A stretch of DNA of 64,000 bases from Vicugna vicugna (taxonomy: Eukaryota). This document shows, in pieces, positions 14,010 through 29,199 of this stretch. The notes beneath the pieces were generated by a model that saw only the letters and a program-made list of their open reading frames with translations, did no database searches and was not told the origin of the DNA. The stretch spans positions 2,229,319 through 2,293,318 of the forward strand of contig MU061579.1 in assembly GCA_013265495.1 (NCBI GenBank), written 5' to 3'. A program made the translations under genes and the position numbers. Each line of letters opens with the position of its first letter. The stretch's first letter is position 1.

Positions 14010-14225
14010 AATGATCCAGACCCTGGCTTTACATTGTGGCCCTGCCCCTTTCTGTTTGAGTGTTGGAAGGTTGTTCACCTCTCTGAAACTCAGATTCATT
14101 CTCTATAAAGTGGAGGTAATAACTCATATGCCATATGGTTCTTGTGAGAAGTAAATGAAGCAACATATGTAAAACCTCTAGCATTATATTTAGCAAGTTG
14201 GTAGGTGCTAAATAAATTATATTTA
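14010..14225 (+). mobile_element. MIR SINE
   Basis: cacctctctgaaactcagattcattctctataaagtggaggtaataa...gtgagaagtaaatgaagcaacatatgtaaaac...gtaggtgctaaataaat. Confidence 0.8.
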
Positions 14226-17200
14226 TTTTTATTATATTGTTATTTTATTTTTGTTATAGTATTATGTCATGCATCAGTTTCATCTTTTTATACCAGGAGA
14301 ATATATATAGCTTCTCTCTTTATAGAATTTTAAATCAATATATATTTTTAAATTTAAACAGTTATATTTTCAATGTGAACATGACAATTTCAGCAAAAAT
14401 AACAAGGACCAACTTTGTGCCAATAGCTGTGGAGGATACAAAAGAAGACAAAATCTAGTGTCTTAGAGAATCTTGCAGTCTATTTAGGAAAACGTGCAGT
14501 GCATAATCTGTGTATGTTTGAGCATTTTAACATACCTCCTTGTGCATTGATCTATAATATCCGTGGCCTATGATCTCAGCTATGTAGAGCAATAGACATA
14601 CTTATGTATCTTATGTAAAGTTACCAGAAAGTGCAAGTGATTTTTAAAAAGTAAACACCTTCTAAATAGTTTGGGTACAGGAACATGTGATATATTCTAA
14701 TGTGGGACAGAGTATAGCTGTTTCTCACAGGAGTGTCTATCTTACCCTTCTCCCACCTGCTCTCTCACCATGAATGCTATTTTCCCTTATTTATTTTGCT
14801 CCCAAGAAGAGAGAGAACACTTCTTTTTTCGGATAAACAGTGGTAAAAGCTTGAGAAAGTCATTTCCTACTTTGCTACTTGCAGACCATCCAAGATGATG
14901 GAAAATACACCCCTCCCCTCAAAAAAAGAAGAACACTGATGCCAGTTGCTCTAAGGACTGGCTTTGTCAACTTACTCAGACTCAATTTATGTGACGAATG
15001 TATCTAAATGACAGTAAAGTCATTCAGAGCAAAGCTGAGCACATGGAGCAACGCAGGCAACAACGCTGTCTGCTTTGTGCAATGAACATATCAATAATTC
15101 AAAACTCTATTGACGCTTGATTTTTTCCGTTTCATCTGATGCATCCTACACAGAACTCTGAGTCAATGTTTTCAGAGGGTTCCATACAATCTTATAGACA
15201 AGAATGATTTCCCTACAGAAGCAGTAATGAGTTGCAGTGGTTATTGTTTCTGAACTCCATGACATAATTCTAAATATTCCAATGACATTTTTTTTCTCCC
15301 TTTCACTACATCATAAACAACTTCTGACTAAATCCAGTTATATTTGCATTTTGGACTATAAATTTGCCATGTCTAGAGAGCATTTAATTTACCATTTAGT
15401 TATATGGATTTGAACTGGCACTAAATTTTTGCTGTGAGGTTGGCAACTAAACAAAACATAAAATGTTACCAGTTGAAATATTTATTTACTCCAGTGCAGC
15501 TTGATTGCCTTTGTTGATTTGGACAACTATTCCAATGCTGAACCGATTCTCAATGGTTTGTTTCTATAAATGTTCCCCACCACTCAAGCTCTAACCCACC
15601 AGGATGATAAAAATAACAAACTATATGAACTTTGTATACTTTGAATATATAGTACAAATTTCATCACTGGAGCAAAGAAATTTTTTTTTTCCTCTTAGTC
15701 TTACAGATGATGAGTGATTGAGACACTAATTTAACAAATTAGGTGCAGTAAAACACACTAATTCAGACTAATTGTGTGGAAAATTTTAATGAAGAAGTGA
15801 AAAATTTGATAAAGAAGTTTGAAATGAAGTTTTATTTCTTCAAAATATTTACTATAGCTTGTACTAATAATAACTAATCGTGTCATTATACTGACTTCAT
15901 ATGCTTACTTTTTAAAGCAAAAACATGTAAAGATTTGCAGTTTACACTTTGCAGGAACATGAAGATCGGTATGCTCTGCAAACTTTAGCCAAGTACTTCC
16001 CTTTGTTCTCCTACCTCCTGCCAGTCCTCTTGTTTTTAACACTAAATTGCCTCAGAATCTCCTTTTTAAGAGATAATGCAAATATCTAAAGGGCTTAAAG
16101 ATATGAAATTTAAAAACCATTCCCTTACTTGTTATTTTATTCAGTCAACAATATTTCATGTTATAGCCTGCTAACTCATAGGAGTGAGTGGTTCACTAAC
16201 TTGACATATTTTCTATATCCATGCCAAAGTATTTCCGGAAGTTTTTTCAAGATTATTTTAAAAAATGGAAAATATTTCTTAAGCTACATAGTTATCTCCT
16301 CTATTAATATAAAATAACTAATTAATATAAATGTTTTAATAAGATCATACAAAGGTATTTGATGTGGATATAAGTTGGGAATATTCCTGTGATTCCTAAA
16401 TTCTTTGACAGAAGCTGTGTGTGTTCATCATTTTGCTTTTGATGATACAGAGTAAATATCATCAGGCAAAGCTAATTAAAACACATAATTGTTTATTCCT
16501 CTGAAACAGTCATATATGTCAATGCTGCACACAAATTAATTTTTTTTTTTTTTACTTTTCTGTAGCGATACCATGGGAATGGTAGCAAAATTGTGTCTGG
16601 TTTTATTGAGGAATCATTTCGAATTTTAGCCGATTAATACAATATATATGCTTCTTAGGCAATAATAGAAAATATCTTTACAACTTGGTAAAATCAGCTC
16701 TCAGTCCTGTAATGGCCTTCTTTACTCATGCAACTCCAGAGTACATTAGAAATGTTCTCTTTCCCAAAAAAGGTACATCTGTAGTTGAACTCTAATAAGA
16801 AAACTGAGAAGCTAAGTTTTCCAATTTTCAAGAAGATAAATATGTGTTAAAAGCAGAGTTCAGTCAAACTGGTTTAATATGTGCCTATTTTCTTAGCATA
16901 AAAGTAGCCTCAGGGGGCAAAAAACTCTGCATCATGTAGACCATAAATTGCATCTGTAGAGTTTTTGTATTTTTTTATTTTTGTTTTTGTTTTTGTTTTT
17001 TTGGGTTTTGTTCTTACTGAATTGAACTCTGAGATCCATGCAAAACCTGAAGGAATATAAAATCCAGGAAAATCTGAAGGGGGCTGTGAATTTATGTCTG
17101 ACACTCACCCTCTAGGGCCTCAGTTTATTCATCTGTTAAATGTGGTGCCACGCATGGATTGAGTCTGGTCTAATGTCAAATTCAGTTCTGGTTTATAGTA

Positions 17201-17269
17201 GAGAAACGGAAAGGAGCAGGAAGGTAGGAGGTATGAGGGGAAGGTGAGATCAACTATATGCGGCTGCCG

Positions 17270-17420
17270 TTTTTAACTCCATAATTCAATTTTTAAGAAA
17301 CTGGAATCACCTAAGGCCTTTATAAAGTGCACATTCCTGACTCTCACCCCCAGAACAATTAAATGCATATCTTGCGGTAAAGGTGGAGTTGAAATATCCA
17401 TTTTTAACAAATGCCATTTT
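17270..17420. mobile_element. MER5-like hAT-Charlie MITE fragment
   Basis: ctggaatcacctaaggcctttataaagtgcacattcctgactctcacccccaga...atccatttttaacaaatgcc. Confidence 0.6.
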
Positions 17421-17439
17421 TTCTCACACTGTAATTAAG

Positions 17440-17712
17440 ACCCAGTAATGGGGCATAAAATCAATTTAGTGAGTCTTAACAAGCTTTTTTTTTAATTAAT
17501 GAGGAGAATAAAATGAGATGGAATATGGTTAAAATATGTAATATATATCAAGTTATACTGCATGCAGTAAAGAAAAATGTTGTTTTGTCAAGCTTCCCTT
17601 TGTGTGTGTGTGTGTGTGTGTGTTTATACTTGTACATACAGGATAGGAATGCAACATTGATTTCCTACTGTTTGTAGTGATTTAAAAATACAACAACTTT
17701 GAAAGCCACTAC
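17440..17712. mobile_element. hAT-Charlie MITE containing (TG)11 at 17601-17622
   Basis: taatggggcataaaatcaatttagtgagtc...tttcctactg...aactttgaaagccact ends in a Charlie-type TIR-like sequence. Confidence 0.6.
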
Positions 17713-18669
17713 GGAGAATTCTCTTACACCATAGATTTAGAGAATGACTATTTAGAACAATGCAAAATCTAAGATAGTCCTATCCCCTCCACTTTGAAAA
17801 CAGATAAACTTACTTTTCTAAAAAGAGGCCCTTGTAGTATTTCAGTATTCCAGAATTTAAAGGATAAAAATTGCCCTTACTTTGATTTTCCAAACTCATG
17901 TACTTTGCATACATGTCAATTTTTGTTCTTTCTTTTAAATAATCCCTCCTTCCCTAATTTTCCATGCCTTTATTGTCTCCAGCTCCTTAAAGCTGTCTTA
18001 CAAGATGTAGGTCCCTCCAGTAAGGCCAAGGGACCCATCTGAGCTGCCCCGTGTGAGGTAGGAGCTCCCTCGTCTGCTGCTGCGTCCTGTTAGGTCTTTT
18101 AGCCAGTGGGAAGCAGTGGCATACCAGCCAGGATGAGGCTGAGTCATCTGGTCATTCCCATCATGTCCCTTTTTTGGATTTGCCTCTTCTGTTGCCTCCA
18201 TCTTTCAAAATGTATCCTTAACTTTCCCTGGACCCTTTCTAGAACAGAATCCACTCGACTCTGACTCTATTACTCTGCCATCTTTCACCAACTCTCCACC
18301 AAATGCATTTGTTTGTGGGTAGGGGCAGGAGAGCAATGAATGGCTGCAATTCTTGGTGTTGGTTTTTACTGTAACTAAATTTCCTGATGATGGGTGGGCC
18401 TGACTGCCACTTCATTGCCTGCTGTAAGGAGGATCTCAGTGTTAGAATAATGATAAGACAGGTAACAATTGTAACATTAATAAAACAAATGATGTGCTCA
18501 GAGTTCTACACGGTTTATATCAGAGATTCTCAAAATTTGGTGTGCATCACAATCATGTTTGGTTTTTTTCCTAAACAGATTTTCTTAATGTGGGGTCAGG
18601 GGGTTTCTGAGAACTGAACAATTCCTCACATAATTGCCATGCACAATGGAGATTAGGACTCACTGGATT

Positions 18670-18795
18670 GTGTAACTTACATCTCATAGTCATACTGTGC
18701 TGTAAGTGCTCCCAGTTTTCCCCCATGTTAGAGATTAGGAAACTGAGGCTTCCAGGAATTCAGTGCCTTGCCTTAGAGCAAAGTAGGGATCCAAG
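18670..18795 (-). mobile_element. MIR SINE fragment
   Basis: ccccatgttagagattaggaaactgaggctt...gtgccttgcc. Confidence 0.65.
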
Positions 18796-20404
18796 AAATA
18801 TTTTTGAATTGTTACTAAAATGAGAAAGTTTATGTGTCAACTTTAAGTCCAGTCCTTTTTCTAGCTGAATGAAGAATCGATGGAACAGTTATGAATTTGG
18901 GACTTTAATCTCCTTCTTCAAATGTCTCATAATCCTTAAGTATGAAATTTTTGACATTTACATCACTCATGAAAGATTTTCTTAAGGCACCAAGTATTTT
19001 AATTAGTAGTCCTGTGTTATCTGAGGGGAGCAATGCACCGTCTAGAAGACAATGCATTCTGGTTGTCATTATATGAATACCACGGGTAGTCACAAATAGG
19101 AGCACAGAGGTCACAGGACAGAGCAAGGTTAATGTGTCCTTGATGGTTGATGCAATGTGTTAGTAGAATGACATGAGAAATTTGGGAGAAAAAGAAAGTG
19201 AAAAAATTATGGCATAAAAAATGTCAAAAGGAGGAAGCGGAACTAAAGGCATGGTTTTAGAAATGCTTCATAAAGCTGCCGGTGATGTCCTAGTCTTAAA
19301 GGAAGACCTAGTAAATTATTGTATAGAAATAAAGTCATGACTAGCAATATACATTTGTAATGATGAAAAATAGAGTTATCACTAGCCGTATAAGACTAAT
19401 TGCTGATTGAGGAGCATAATATGTCCTACATGTCTTATGACAAGTATTAGATAACTTCATGAAGATGAATTTGCTTGTGTTTTTAGTGGCATGTTGATCA
19501 TCCCCATACTAATGAATAAATAAAACTCTCTTAGTCTTCTTGTTTTTGAACAAAACCCCAAGCATGGCTGATTTTAATTACAAATTACTTTCTCTAGAAT
19601 GTATTATAGCTTTTAGAAAATAACACCCAAGATCATTTATTTTCCCAAAGTAGATAAAGTGAATGATAAGAAACACTCATTTTAAGTTTTTCTGTAATCA
19701 TCTTCAAAATGTAGGCCATCTGCTTCCAAAAGGGTTTGGGGTATTTCATGATAAAACAAATTTACAACGAGACATTAAAATAGAAATAATACCTCAAAAA
19801 CGTCATAGAGAGAAGAACGAGGAAATGTACCTGCCCTACTTGGGCTTATAAATAGATGAGATTGAAGGCTGAGATTCCTGGCAGCCAAGGCAGAGTGAAA
19901 TTAGAATGATTTCCCATCTTATTTTGCGAGTAGAGTGGATTTTCAACCCTGCTGGCCTCGATGCTGAACTCTCTCCCAAAATAATGTGGAGACGTAGTCC
20001 AAGGGTCAGAATTCTTTAAGGTAGTTCAAATGCACAAGCAAAGCTGCACAGCTCACCTGGACAAAACAAAGCAGGATGGTTCATTAGACTTTTAGAAAGT
20101 TACTTACACCCCACATGGCAAAAAGTAAACTCTATGTCTTGTCAAATCTGAATATCTAATTTTCAGCCTAAGGAACTCTTATCAGAAGTGGCTGAAATAA
20201 TTAATTTTATTCTCCTGAGGACTTGCTTTCTTATGTAGTCCAGGTTCTACCATCCTGTACTTTTAAGTAACCTGTGCAAGAATATGGGTTAGTTAAGCCA
20301 GTGCTCTTGTGAATCTATGCAGAAGTCAGTGTCTGTTTGTCAGTTTCTCGGGGGTCAATCAAGGCCAAGCTACTACTTGAGTAGTAACTGAGTTAAGAAC
20401 CAAC

Positions 20405-20545
20405 ACATGGATCACTGAGCAACTGTGTGACTCTGGGCAAGTGACCTCCATGGATGTTGGTTTCAGCACCTACCCCATAGTGCTATTGTGAAAATTAAAT
20501 AAGCTTTGAATGGACACGTGGTAAGCAATCAATGAGTGTTAGGGA
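20405..20545 (+). mobile_element. MIR SINE fragment
   Basis: ctgtgtgactctgggcaagtgacct...cctaccccatagtgctattgtgaaaattaaataag. Confidence 0.7.
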
Positions 20546-22592
20546 ATATCACTATGGGTTTAAGTACAGACATTTTATCAGCTATATCATTAAGGAGGCT
20601 TTGCCTTCTTCCAGTGTGTTCTGGGAAATGTCAGCTACCAAATACCGATTGCCCCCTAGAAAGGTTTCTCTTTCCATTGATCAGTTGCAATATGTGAGTT
20701 TCTCGCTCAGCAAAGTATCTCTGTTTTGCTTCAGGGTCCTCTGTCAAACGAGATGAAGGTAATACATGCCATCTCTAGTTATTCACAATCTGCCATCATA
20801 AGCAGTTGTCATTAAAAAAAAAAAAACTGAAGTTAAACATTAAAAAAAAGGCTTCCCATGACTGTCTTGTTTCCTCCAGAATATGAGTTGACTTAATTGC
20901 ATGGTTTATTATTAATTTTATTTCTTAATACAAAAAATGTGTATAATGAGATCCAAGGGGCAGGAGCACTGGTGATGCAAAAACTTAATAAGCTGTAATG
21001 AGCTTCACAAATCATGGGTACTCAGAGTGTTACCATTTTAGCACTTCTAAACTGAATGTTAAGATATCAGTGAAGCAATGTGTACAAAATATCAATGTAT
21101 ATAAAGTTGTGTGAAAAAGAATCAGAAACTTGAAAAAGGTCATAAGATTAAAAAAAAGAAAGAATAAAAGTATTTTATTTTAGATATGGTTCCCCATGTA
21201 TCTTCTAAATATGAAATGTAAACAGGCTTGGGAAGCCCAGTAGAAGTAGTACTGCTCCTAAAATATGATGTAATTGCCTTATGGACTTGTTTTTTCCCTC
21301 ATACTTAAAAATGTCTCTTTTCTATAAGCTTAAGAATGCAACCATTTTTCTCAAGGAGGTGGTGATTTAAATAAGTTGCTCTTGTGGCATTTAATATTGA
21401 AATGATATATGGCAAATATTGGGTAATATTAGTTATACTTTCAAATTATGGCTGAAAATTAACCTCCAGTCAGTTTCTGACTACCTGCCCCACTGCACAA
21501 GGATCACATTTGAGTCCTCACGTAAGGGTCAAGTTGTGAGTATCTTCATTTCCCTAAAGAGTCATGAAATGCCAGCATGCTTACTTATTATTTATTTGGC
21601 GAATTTATTTTCCTCCTTTCTTCTGAACGTCTCAAGTTTTTATACAAAGAATTCATCCTCCTAGAAAGTGTCTTCAATGCACAAGTGTAAAACAAAGAAG
21701 AAATAAGAAAGAAAGTAGCAGATAAGAGGCAATATCTACAAATATGGTAACTCCAATTAGGCAACAATTAGGATTTATTAACTCTCTCTAGTGTAGATGA
21801 GATTATTCTTGAAAATCAAGACATTCATTATCATTTTTTTATGTTAGCCTGGTGGGACGGATTCATTTCTTCCAAGTTTATGGAATTTCTTTTAGTGCCT
21901 GTATCAGCTCTCTAAATCTTCGGTCTTGTAGACACAATTTTCAGTTCAATTCCCCATTATCATTTATAGAACACTCTATAATGTAAAATCTGTTTTACTT
22001 AGAAGATCAAATTGGATTTTCATTGCATTTTTTAAAATGGAGAAATCAGCATTTATATTTACAAAAGTTGAAACCTGGCTCGGAAGAATTAAGTCAATGG
22101 CCCAAGCTTGTTCAACTTCTCTTTGCTGTCAGAAAAATAAATTCTGGTTTCCAGATTTGAAAGTCCAGGGGTTTCCCCAAATACAACATTAGTTATCTGA
22201 TCGAAATATAAATTTGAAGTGGTTTTCCCCACATGGATGAGTTGACAGAGACCAGGTCCAGTTGATTTTGTTTTGCTTGATATTGGTTCTTTCATTGTAT
22301 TAAGAGAAAAATAAATGTGAAAATAGATTTTAAAGATTATTTTAACATTTTGATACTTACTAAACACTTTCAACATAAAATATAAAACAATGTATTTGAG
22401 TGTGTTATGAAATCAGTCTAGTTATTAGAATTCCATGCTGGTTCTCAATGCCCTACTGGTGGGGTGATTCAGGAAGGAAAATCAATTTACATCTGAGTGA
22501 TGACTTTACCCTCTGTCATAAGTGGGAAGCCTGGGCTCAACTGCTTTACTTCTCTTTTCTCCCCATCATGTCTCAGGTGCTCCATGTCCCAC

Positions 22593-23108
22593 TGGATGCA
22601 TTTCCTCTTGCTGCTGTAACAAATTGCCAAGAATTTAATGCTTTAAAACTATGCTGATTTTTTAACTTATAATTTTTGATGTCAAAAATCCAAAATGGGT
22701 TTCCCTGGGCTAAAAGCAAGGGGTTGGTAAGGTAGTGTTAATGCTGGAGGCTCTAGAAGAAAATCTACTCTCTTTCTTACCTTTAATAGTGTCTAGAGGC
22801 TACCACCTTTCCTTGGCATGTGGCCTCTTCCTCTTTCTTCAAAGCTCAGGAAGGTGAGTTTAGATCTTCTCACATTGCATTATGCTGACCTCCTTTTCTG
22901 CCTTCCCTGTCTCCTTTTAAGAACCCTGTGATTACCTTGGGCTCACCCAGATAATCCAAAGTAATTTCTGTATTTTAAGGTCCATTGATTAGCAATCTTA
23001 ATTCTATCTGCAGTCCTAAACTCCCCTTTATATGTAAGGTCCCCCATTCATAGGTTCCAGGGATTAGGACGTGGACATGATTGGGGTCCACTTTTCTGCC
23101 TTCCAAAC
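22593..23108 (-). mobile_element. MaLR solo LTR, MLT1D-like, near full length
   Basis: Begins ttcctcttgctgctgtaacaaattgcca, includes ctggaggctctagaagaaaatc and gtgattaccttgggctcacccagataatcc, and ends caggg attaggacgtggacatg...ttctgcct; about 510 bp. Confidence 0.9.
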
Positions 23109-25319
23109 CCACTGTCACTGATTTTCCTGGAGTCATTTGACTTGTATTAAGAAATGAAAATGAGCATACACTGGACAAAGAATATATTCTTCCTTAGGGA
23201 CACTGGTAGCTGTTCTTTTTTAACAAAGTACATATCAGATGAAACAAGTAAGTGGCAGGGATGGCAGAGAAGTGGGTTTACCTGGGTAGCAGAAGGTTCT
23301 GGCTTGAGCTAGTTAGGTTTCAACTCAGTTTAAGAACTAAATCTTGAGCTGAACACTTCAGAGCCTTATTCCATTTGTGTATCCTCATTCCATCCAGACC
23401 AAGAAAAGCTGCTTAAGGACACAGTCCTTCATTCCGTAGAATATGAAAACCCAATGTTTTTCAACGTATATAGTTTCCCAAACAGATTTTACCAGGTGCA
23501 GTTCGGGTGAAATGCCTAGGATAGAAAAGAAAAAAAAAGAGAAAAATGTGAAGCATCTGTCTGAGTGGATCCTAGAACGCAAGTTTCATTTTCATTCATT
23601 TCAGTGTGGAGGCTGATTCAGGTGCCTGTGAGGCGGGCTTGCTTCTCAGCTTCCCCGTATTTTAGGAGGTAGCTGTTTAAAGGTTATTTTTTGTCCTTGT
23701 GGTTGTTTATTTGTTCATTTTTAGTGTTTTAGTGGTTGGAAACCTGGGCAGCTCTTTTACAGTTCTGCTCGGAGTTCTGCATTGCTCCCTTGAACCACTG
23801 CAGACTGACTCCAACTGTGTAGTTTAAGACAGAGGTTTATCGACCTCATTCAGCTGCTTCTGGAACTCCATGGGTGTGTAGAGTAGTCATGCAAAGCAAC
23901 CAAGAGGCTTATGAACTGAGCTTTTGATGATTATCACAATAGCAAAAAGGAAAGAAAAAGAAACCTTTGCTTGTATTCTCTGAGTGCTTTTGTACAATTA
24001 ATCTACACTTGCCCAACCAAGCTTAATCTCTCAATTTGCAGCATGTTGACTTTTTGGCACAGTGGTAGGCACAGAGCAAGTGTTTAATAAGTCTTTGCTG
24101 GATTGAATGTCATTGCAAAGATAGTCTTTTTCTCATTAGTTGCCTGTCAATATTCTCTTTTCCTAACTAGGCCTCCCTCTGCCTTCCTGTTTCTCTGTGC
24201 CCGTAAACATAGAAGCTTACAAGGGAATATGTAGGGTCTCAAAGGAAGTGGGAGGTGAAATCCAGTCAGTGGCCCAGTTTGCTTTCACCACTCAATTTCA
24301 TACCAACTTTACTAACCTCTGCTATTGGAATCATGCATTTAAGAGATGAATAAGACCTTACAGCCTCTAGCGCACAGTAGGAATGCAGCTGAACATTTTT
24401 ATGTGGTTGAGTCAAAGAAGAAATCACAAAAGAGGTGGTTTCACAGGCTAGGGAAGATTTAACCAAACATGTTCTGTGGAGCTGACATTCCAGAGAATGG
24501 CTTTGCTTTTTCACAAATGTCTTTTACAAAGATGTTAAAGCCATCTTTGTAGCTTTTCATTGAGGTAATTGACTAAAATGTTTGGTTATTATGTGTATTT
24601 TTGTTCATGGTTTTCGTTTCATGAGTAAATGCATTCCAAGTTGCACTAATGTTTTCAAGACCATGCAGTGCACTAAGGAATTTCTTAATGGATGAGCAGA
24701 GTCTACTTTTAAAATCATTGATTTCAATCATGTATTCACTGATTCAGCAAACCTATCTTCTTATAGTTTCAGGTAATTAAGGAATGTAAAGGATATTAAA
24801 TACCATCTGTTATAACTCCTTTATTTTAAAGTTGAAATGCTAAAGCTGAAAGATTAATCTTTCCCCCAGATTTTACTCTTAGTATCAGAGCAGGTACTGG
24901 ACTCCAGGTCTCCTGATCCCTCAGGTCAGAGTTATTTCCAAAAAGAACAAGAAATAGTAAACCATGATAATAAATGACAATTGAATCTAAACTATGTTCA
25001 ATGCACTGTTACTGAAACAGAAGTATAATGGATACACACTGTTTGTGAGGACTTTACACACTAGTTGAGAAGTCTTTTCATTTTAAAGAATGTTAACACA
25101 ACAGAAAAGTTGTATTTTTTACATTTGAGTTTTTACATTTTGTTATGGTTGAAAATAATTTTTAAACAGCATTTTATGAATTGGGAAATTTACATAAAAT
25201 TGAAATTCCCATTTCCATAAATAAAATGTTATTGGGACTTAGCTCTTGTCATTCATTTATGCGTCTTCAGTGGGTTCTTTTTCAAGACAGTGTCAGAATA
25301 AGTAGGGGTGGCAGAGAAA

Positions 25320-25392
25320 AAAGAGACCTCTGACCTATAAGGCCTGAAAAATTCACTTTCGGGCCCTTTATCAAAAAGTTTGCCAAATCCTT
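25320..25392 (+). mobile_element. MER58-like hAT-Charlie 3' end
   Basis: cctgaaaaattcactttcgggccctttatcaaaaagtttgccaaatcct. Confidence 0.6.
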
Positions 25393-28300
25393 GACTAGGT
25401 TTAACAGAAGCCAGCAAAAAAGAGCAAAACATAGATCAAATGATGTGTGCACAATACTGAGGACCCACACTTCATGTTTTAGAGCACACTATCTTTTTAG
25501 GAGTTTTTCAGAAGAAAACGATGTTTGCCTACGTTTACTAAGAGTTTTAGGTTGGGCTATTCTGTTTTCTGATATTTTCATTAGAGAAAAAAAAATTGGA
25601 AACCAGTTTGTATTTTCAGGCTAGATTAGTTCTTGCAGTAGTTTGAATATTAAATTTATTTTTTTCTCCTTTTTAAAATCGAAATATTAACATGATCCAT
25701 ACGCGAGGAGAAGTGACACCAGTAAAATGAACAGCACTTCGCCAGCACATAGCGGCTTCTATTTTAATACTCTCATCATTGTTCTTCTGCAGTGTTAAAT
25801 AGTTTGTGACCTATTGGACTAAGAGCAATAAAGTATAACCTGCATTCTTGGTTTTTTTCAGGACAAATATACACAGTACTGTCAAAATTAATGACATTAT
25901 GTAATTGCATGTAAGTCAAGAGAAATAAATACAGTTATTTAACTTCTTCCCCAAATGAGAGTTTTAATTAACTAATACAAATGTCTCAACATGTTTCTTT
26001 TTTACTCTCCTTTCATCTGCTATTGACTTGAAAGAAAGAAAGGCAGTTTGAAGTACGGAAGAATCTTGAAACGTTAGCAAAAGAATATGCCCCTAAAAAG
26101 TTAAAAGACCTCATTAAGGTTTGTTTGAAGATTCTGCCAGACACAGTCCAGCTAATGCCCTATGGAATCCTAGATATGTTTGTTCAGTTGCCACTGACAC
26201 CGGTTGAAAATGTTTGCAGATTAATCAAGTTCCTGTTCATTTGTGAGGAAAGATTTCACAGTCTGAGATAACTCCTCTTTAAAAATAAAAAGCCAAAGCA
26301 GGACTCCTTATAATACAGCCATGTCCTGCTCCATGACTGTTTCAGTGCTTTATGACTGACAAAAAGAGTCATTAGAAGTCTGTCTGATGGACATAACTAA
26401 GTGAATTGCAAAAACTAAAAAAGCCTTTCAGCCCATTCAGAAATAATTGATGTGACGGAGACAGCTATATGTGAGTTCCAGATAAGGAGACAATTTATGG
26501 AGAAACTATTGAAACTAAAAAGGAAGGTGGAAATTTAAAGTCCTCCATAAAGTTGTCTGTAAGACACAGAGCAGCATTCAACAGGGAAAGAGATTTAACC
26601 CGAAGTTCTTTCCAGAAGCATCCTTAGGGCTCTAATTTCCTGCAAACGAAATCCTCATAAAGGCAGGGTCGTCACAAAGTTGTAAGAAATGGACTCCAAG
26701 GGGGACATTTCTGCACTCTTACCCTGATGTTCGTTTTCTTGTTTACTCCAAGTAGTGTGTATAATAAGAGACTCCTGAAGTTCACCTCTTTTCTTTTCCT
26801 TTTTCAGAAATTGGCCACTGCCCTAACAAAGAAAGCAGTCCATTATCATTGGGCAGGTGGTAACTTAGGAGATTTTGCTGATGTCGATGGAAGCCAATAC
26901 TTTAAAATATTTTGGATTATGGAACTTAATATTTGCTTTTATGGTGGGATGGTTACCTTTTAATCAATCTAACAATTAAGAATGGATAAAATAAAGTTTT
27001 TATTATTATTCATGTATTTTTGAATATGCATCTGGTCCTTACTGCTTTTCTTAGAAACTATAAGTAAACTTGGTGACAGGGATTTTTTTTTAATAGGTTT
27101 CCCCTGTTATACATATTTGATAATGATCGTATTCTGAAAACAGAATAACATACTATCATTAATTTCAGGATTAATTTCCAAAGGTGCAGATTATAAATAG
27201 TGTTATCATATCAGTATTTTCAAAAAAAGGAGGGCGGTTATATAGTTCTCTAAAATTTTAAAAAAGCAATTTAAAAATGAATCTGCCAAATAAGAAAGAG
27301 GCAGTTATCATACTTGCACATACAAGTACAATTTGTCATCTGCTTTCTAGGTATTAAAAAAAAACTTTTTATAAAATTGTTCCAGTCCTCTAATGAATTT
27401 GAAATGTACAGACTTAACTTTCTTTGAATCCTCTGAATCCAGGTTGAGATGCAGCTGCTAGTCCATATTTGAAGTAGAAGTTGTGATCATTTACGTGACC
27501 TCTAAACCTGCTAGACTGCCTAGATTTAGGTTTACTGTTTGGTAATCCACATTATCAATTATGGAAAGACAATTTTATAAGAAGGAAGAATGAAACAAAT
27601 GCTCACCACCTTTTCCCTTCATGAATGCCTTGCCCCTTGCAATAATGCCACCGGAACACCAACCTCGTGTCTGTCATCCAGACATGTTCTAAATTCCCTC
27701 TTCGTCCAAGCAGGCTGTCTTTCTCTTGATCCCAAGTTTACCAACATCCCCTCTTAGCTTCTGTTCACAGTCTCCAAATTAAAAACTCCGAGATGTTAGT
27801 AAGTAAATACATTTGTCGAATACATTACGTCGTCTACCCCACAGCACTCAACTTCATTCTCATTTGCCATGTTTGTCCTTTCAAGGCCATGAGGTTAATT
27901 TTATGTGGAAATGGTCACGGTGATTACACATCCCTCACCTTGGGCTCACCAGAATTTCTGATGAGGAGGGGAGGATAGGAAGAGGCAGCAGTCCTTCCGG
28001 ACCCCCATATCATGAGGGCAAGCGTAGAAGGTAGAGGACCTCCCCCTTTGCACTTGTGCCCCATTCCAGTGTGCCCTCTGGATTTCTAAAGTGGATTAAG
28101 TTATATAAAGAACAGAGAACACTGGGTCCCAGTCTATGGTAGTTTAAAGCAAAATCAACTCTAATGCATTTTCTCATCTGGGACCTGGCATGACGATGGA
28201 GTAGCACCCCACGCCCCAGGGACTACGTATTACCCAGAGTTACCTTTGAACGTATGTATATCTTCAAGTGAAAGTCTCCAGTGTGTCATAATGAAAACAA

Positions 28301-29199
28301 AAAATAATTGATGAATGTCATTCTCAAATAATTGAGTATAGAAACACACATGGTTAATAAAAGATTAGATTTCAATCGTTCTTGAAAAATTTGAGTGTTA
28401 TTGTATGTACATGCTTGTTTCACAAATGATTTGCATTTAGAAAAATAAAAACAATGCATGAATAGAATTAGGTTTGAAATATCATATGAATTTTAAAAAT
28501 TCTATTTAGAAACTTTGTAAATTACTGGGTCAGCTCTATACTTTCTTTAAAAAAAATCTAAAACATAATAGGAGATAGGTCTAGTTATATAGCTGTGGCC
28601 TGAGGTATAATGCCTTTTATAGTATATGTCTTTGAGGGAGCTTAAGGCTCTTTTTATAAACTACCTCATTATTTCTCAGAGAATTTAAGTTAGGACGGGG
28701 TAGATATTATTTTCTGCATTTGGCAGACCCCGAGCCTAAGGCACAAGAACCAAGGGTCAGCTAACTTATCTGAGGTCAATAGGGAATCTATAATGCTGCT
28801 TGGAATAGAATCTTTTTTTTTCTGTTATTTCTAATGTAACATTGTTTTCTGATTTTAATCGTTAAACACATATACACAGAAACAGTCACAAACAGTACAT
28901 GCAGCTTCTCAACATGTTTCACTGTTGACTTTGCCTTTGTGATTCTATTTAAAATTTCAGTCCTCTCTTAATTTTAGTTACTTTGCTTCTGGTCTCTGAT
29001 TTCTTCCGTTCCCAACACGCTTAGATTATCAGGCATGTTTTTACTTGCCTTTATTTGCTTGCATCCTCAAATATTTACCTTAAAGCAAATTTTTTTTCAA
29101 TAATAGTGAAGAAAGGCAGAAAGTCCATGAATAAAAGATTTTACACAAATCATTTTTTTTCTTTTAACTGCCACCCTCTCTCTCTCTTATGCCATATTT

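Noticed and set aside
26808..26859. Strong pyrimidine tract plus CAG acceptor with open frame KLATALTKKAVHYHWA
   Set aside because: Only weak donors nearby (49 or 52 nt, both frameshifting); expected by chance in a long intron.
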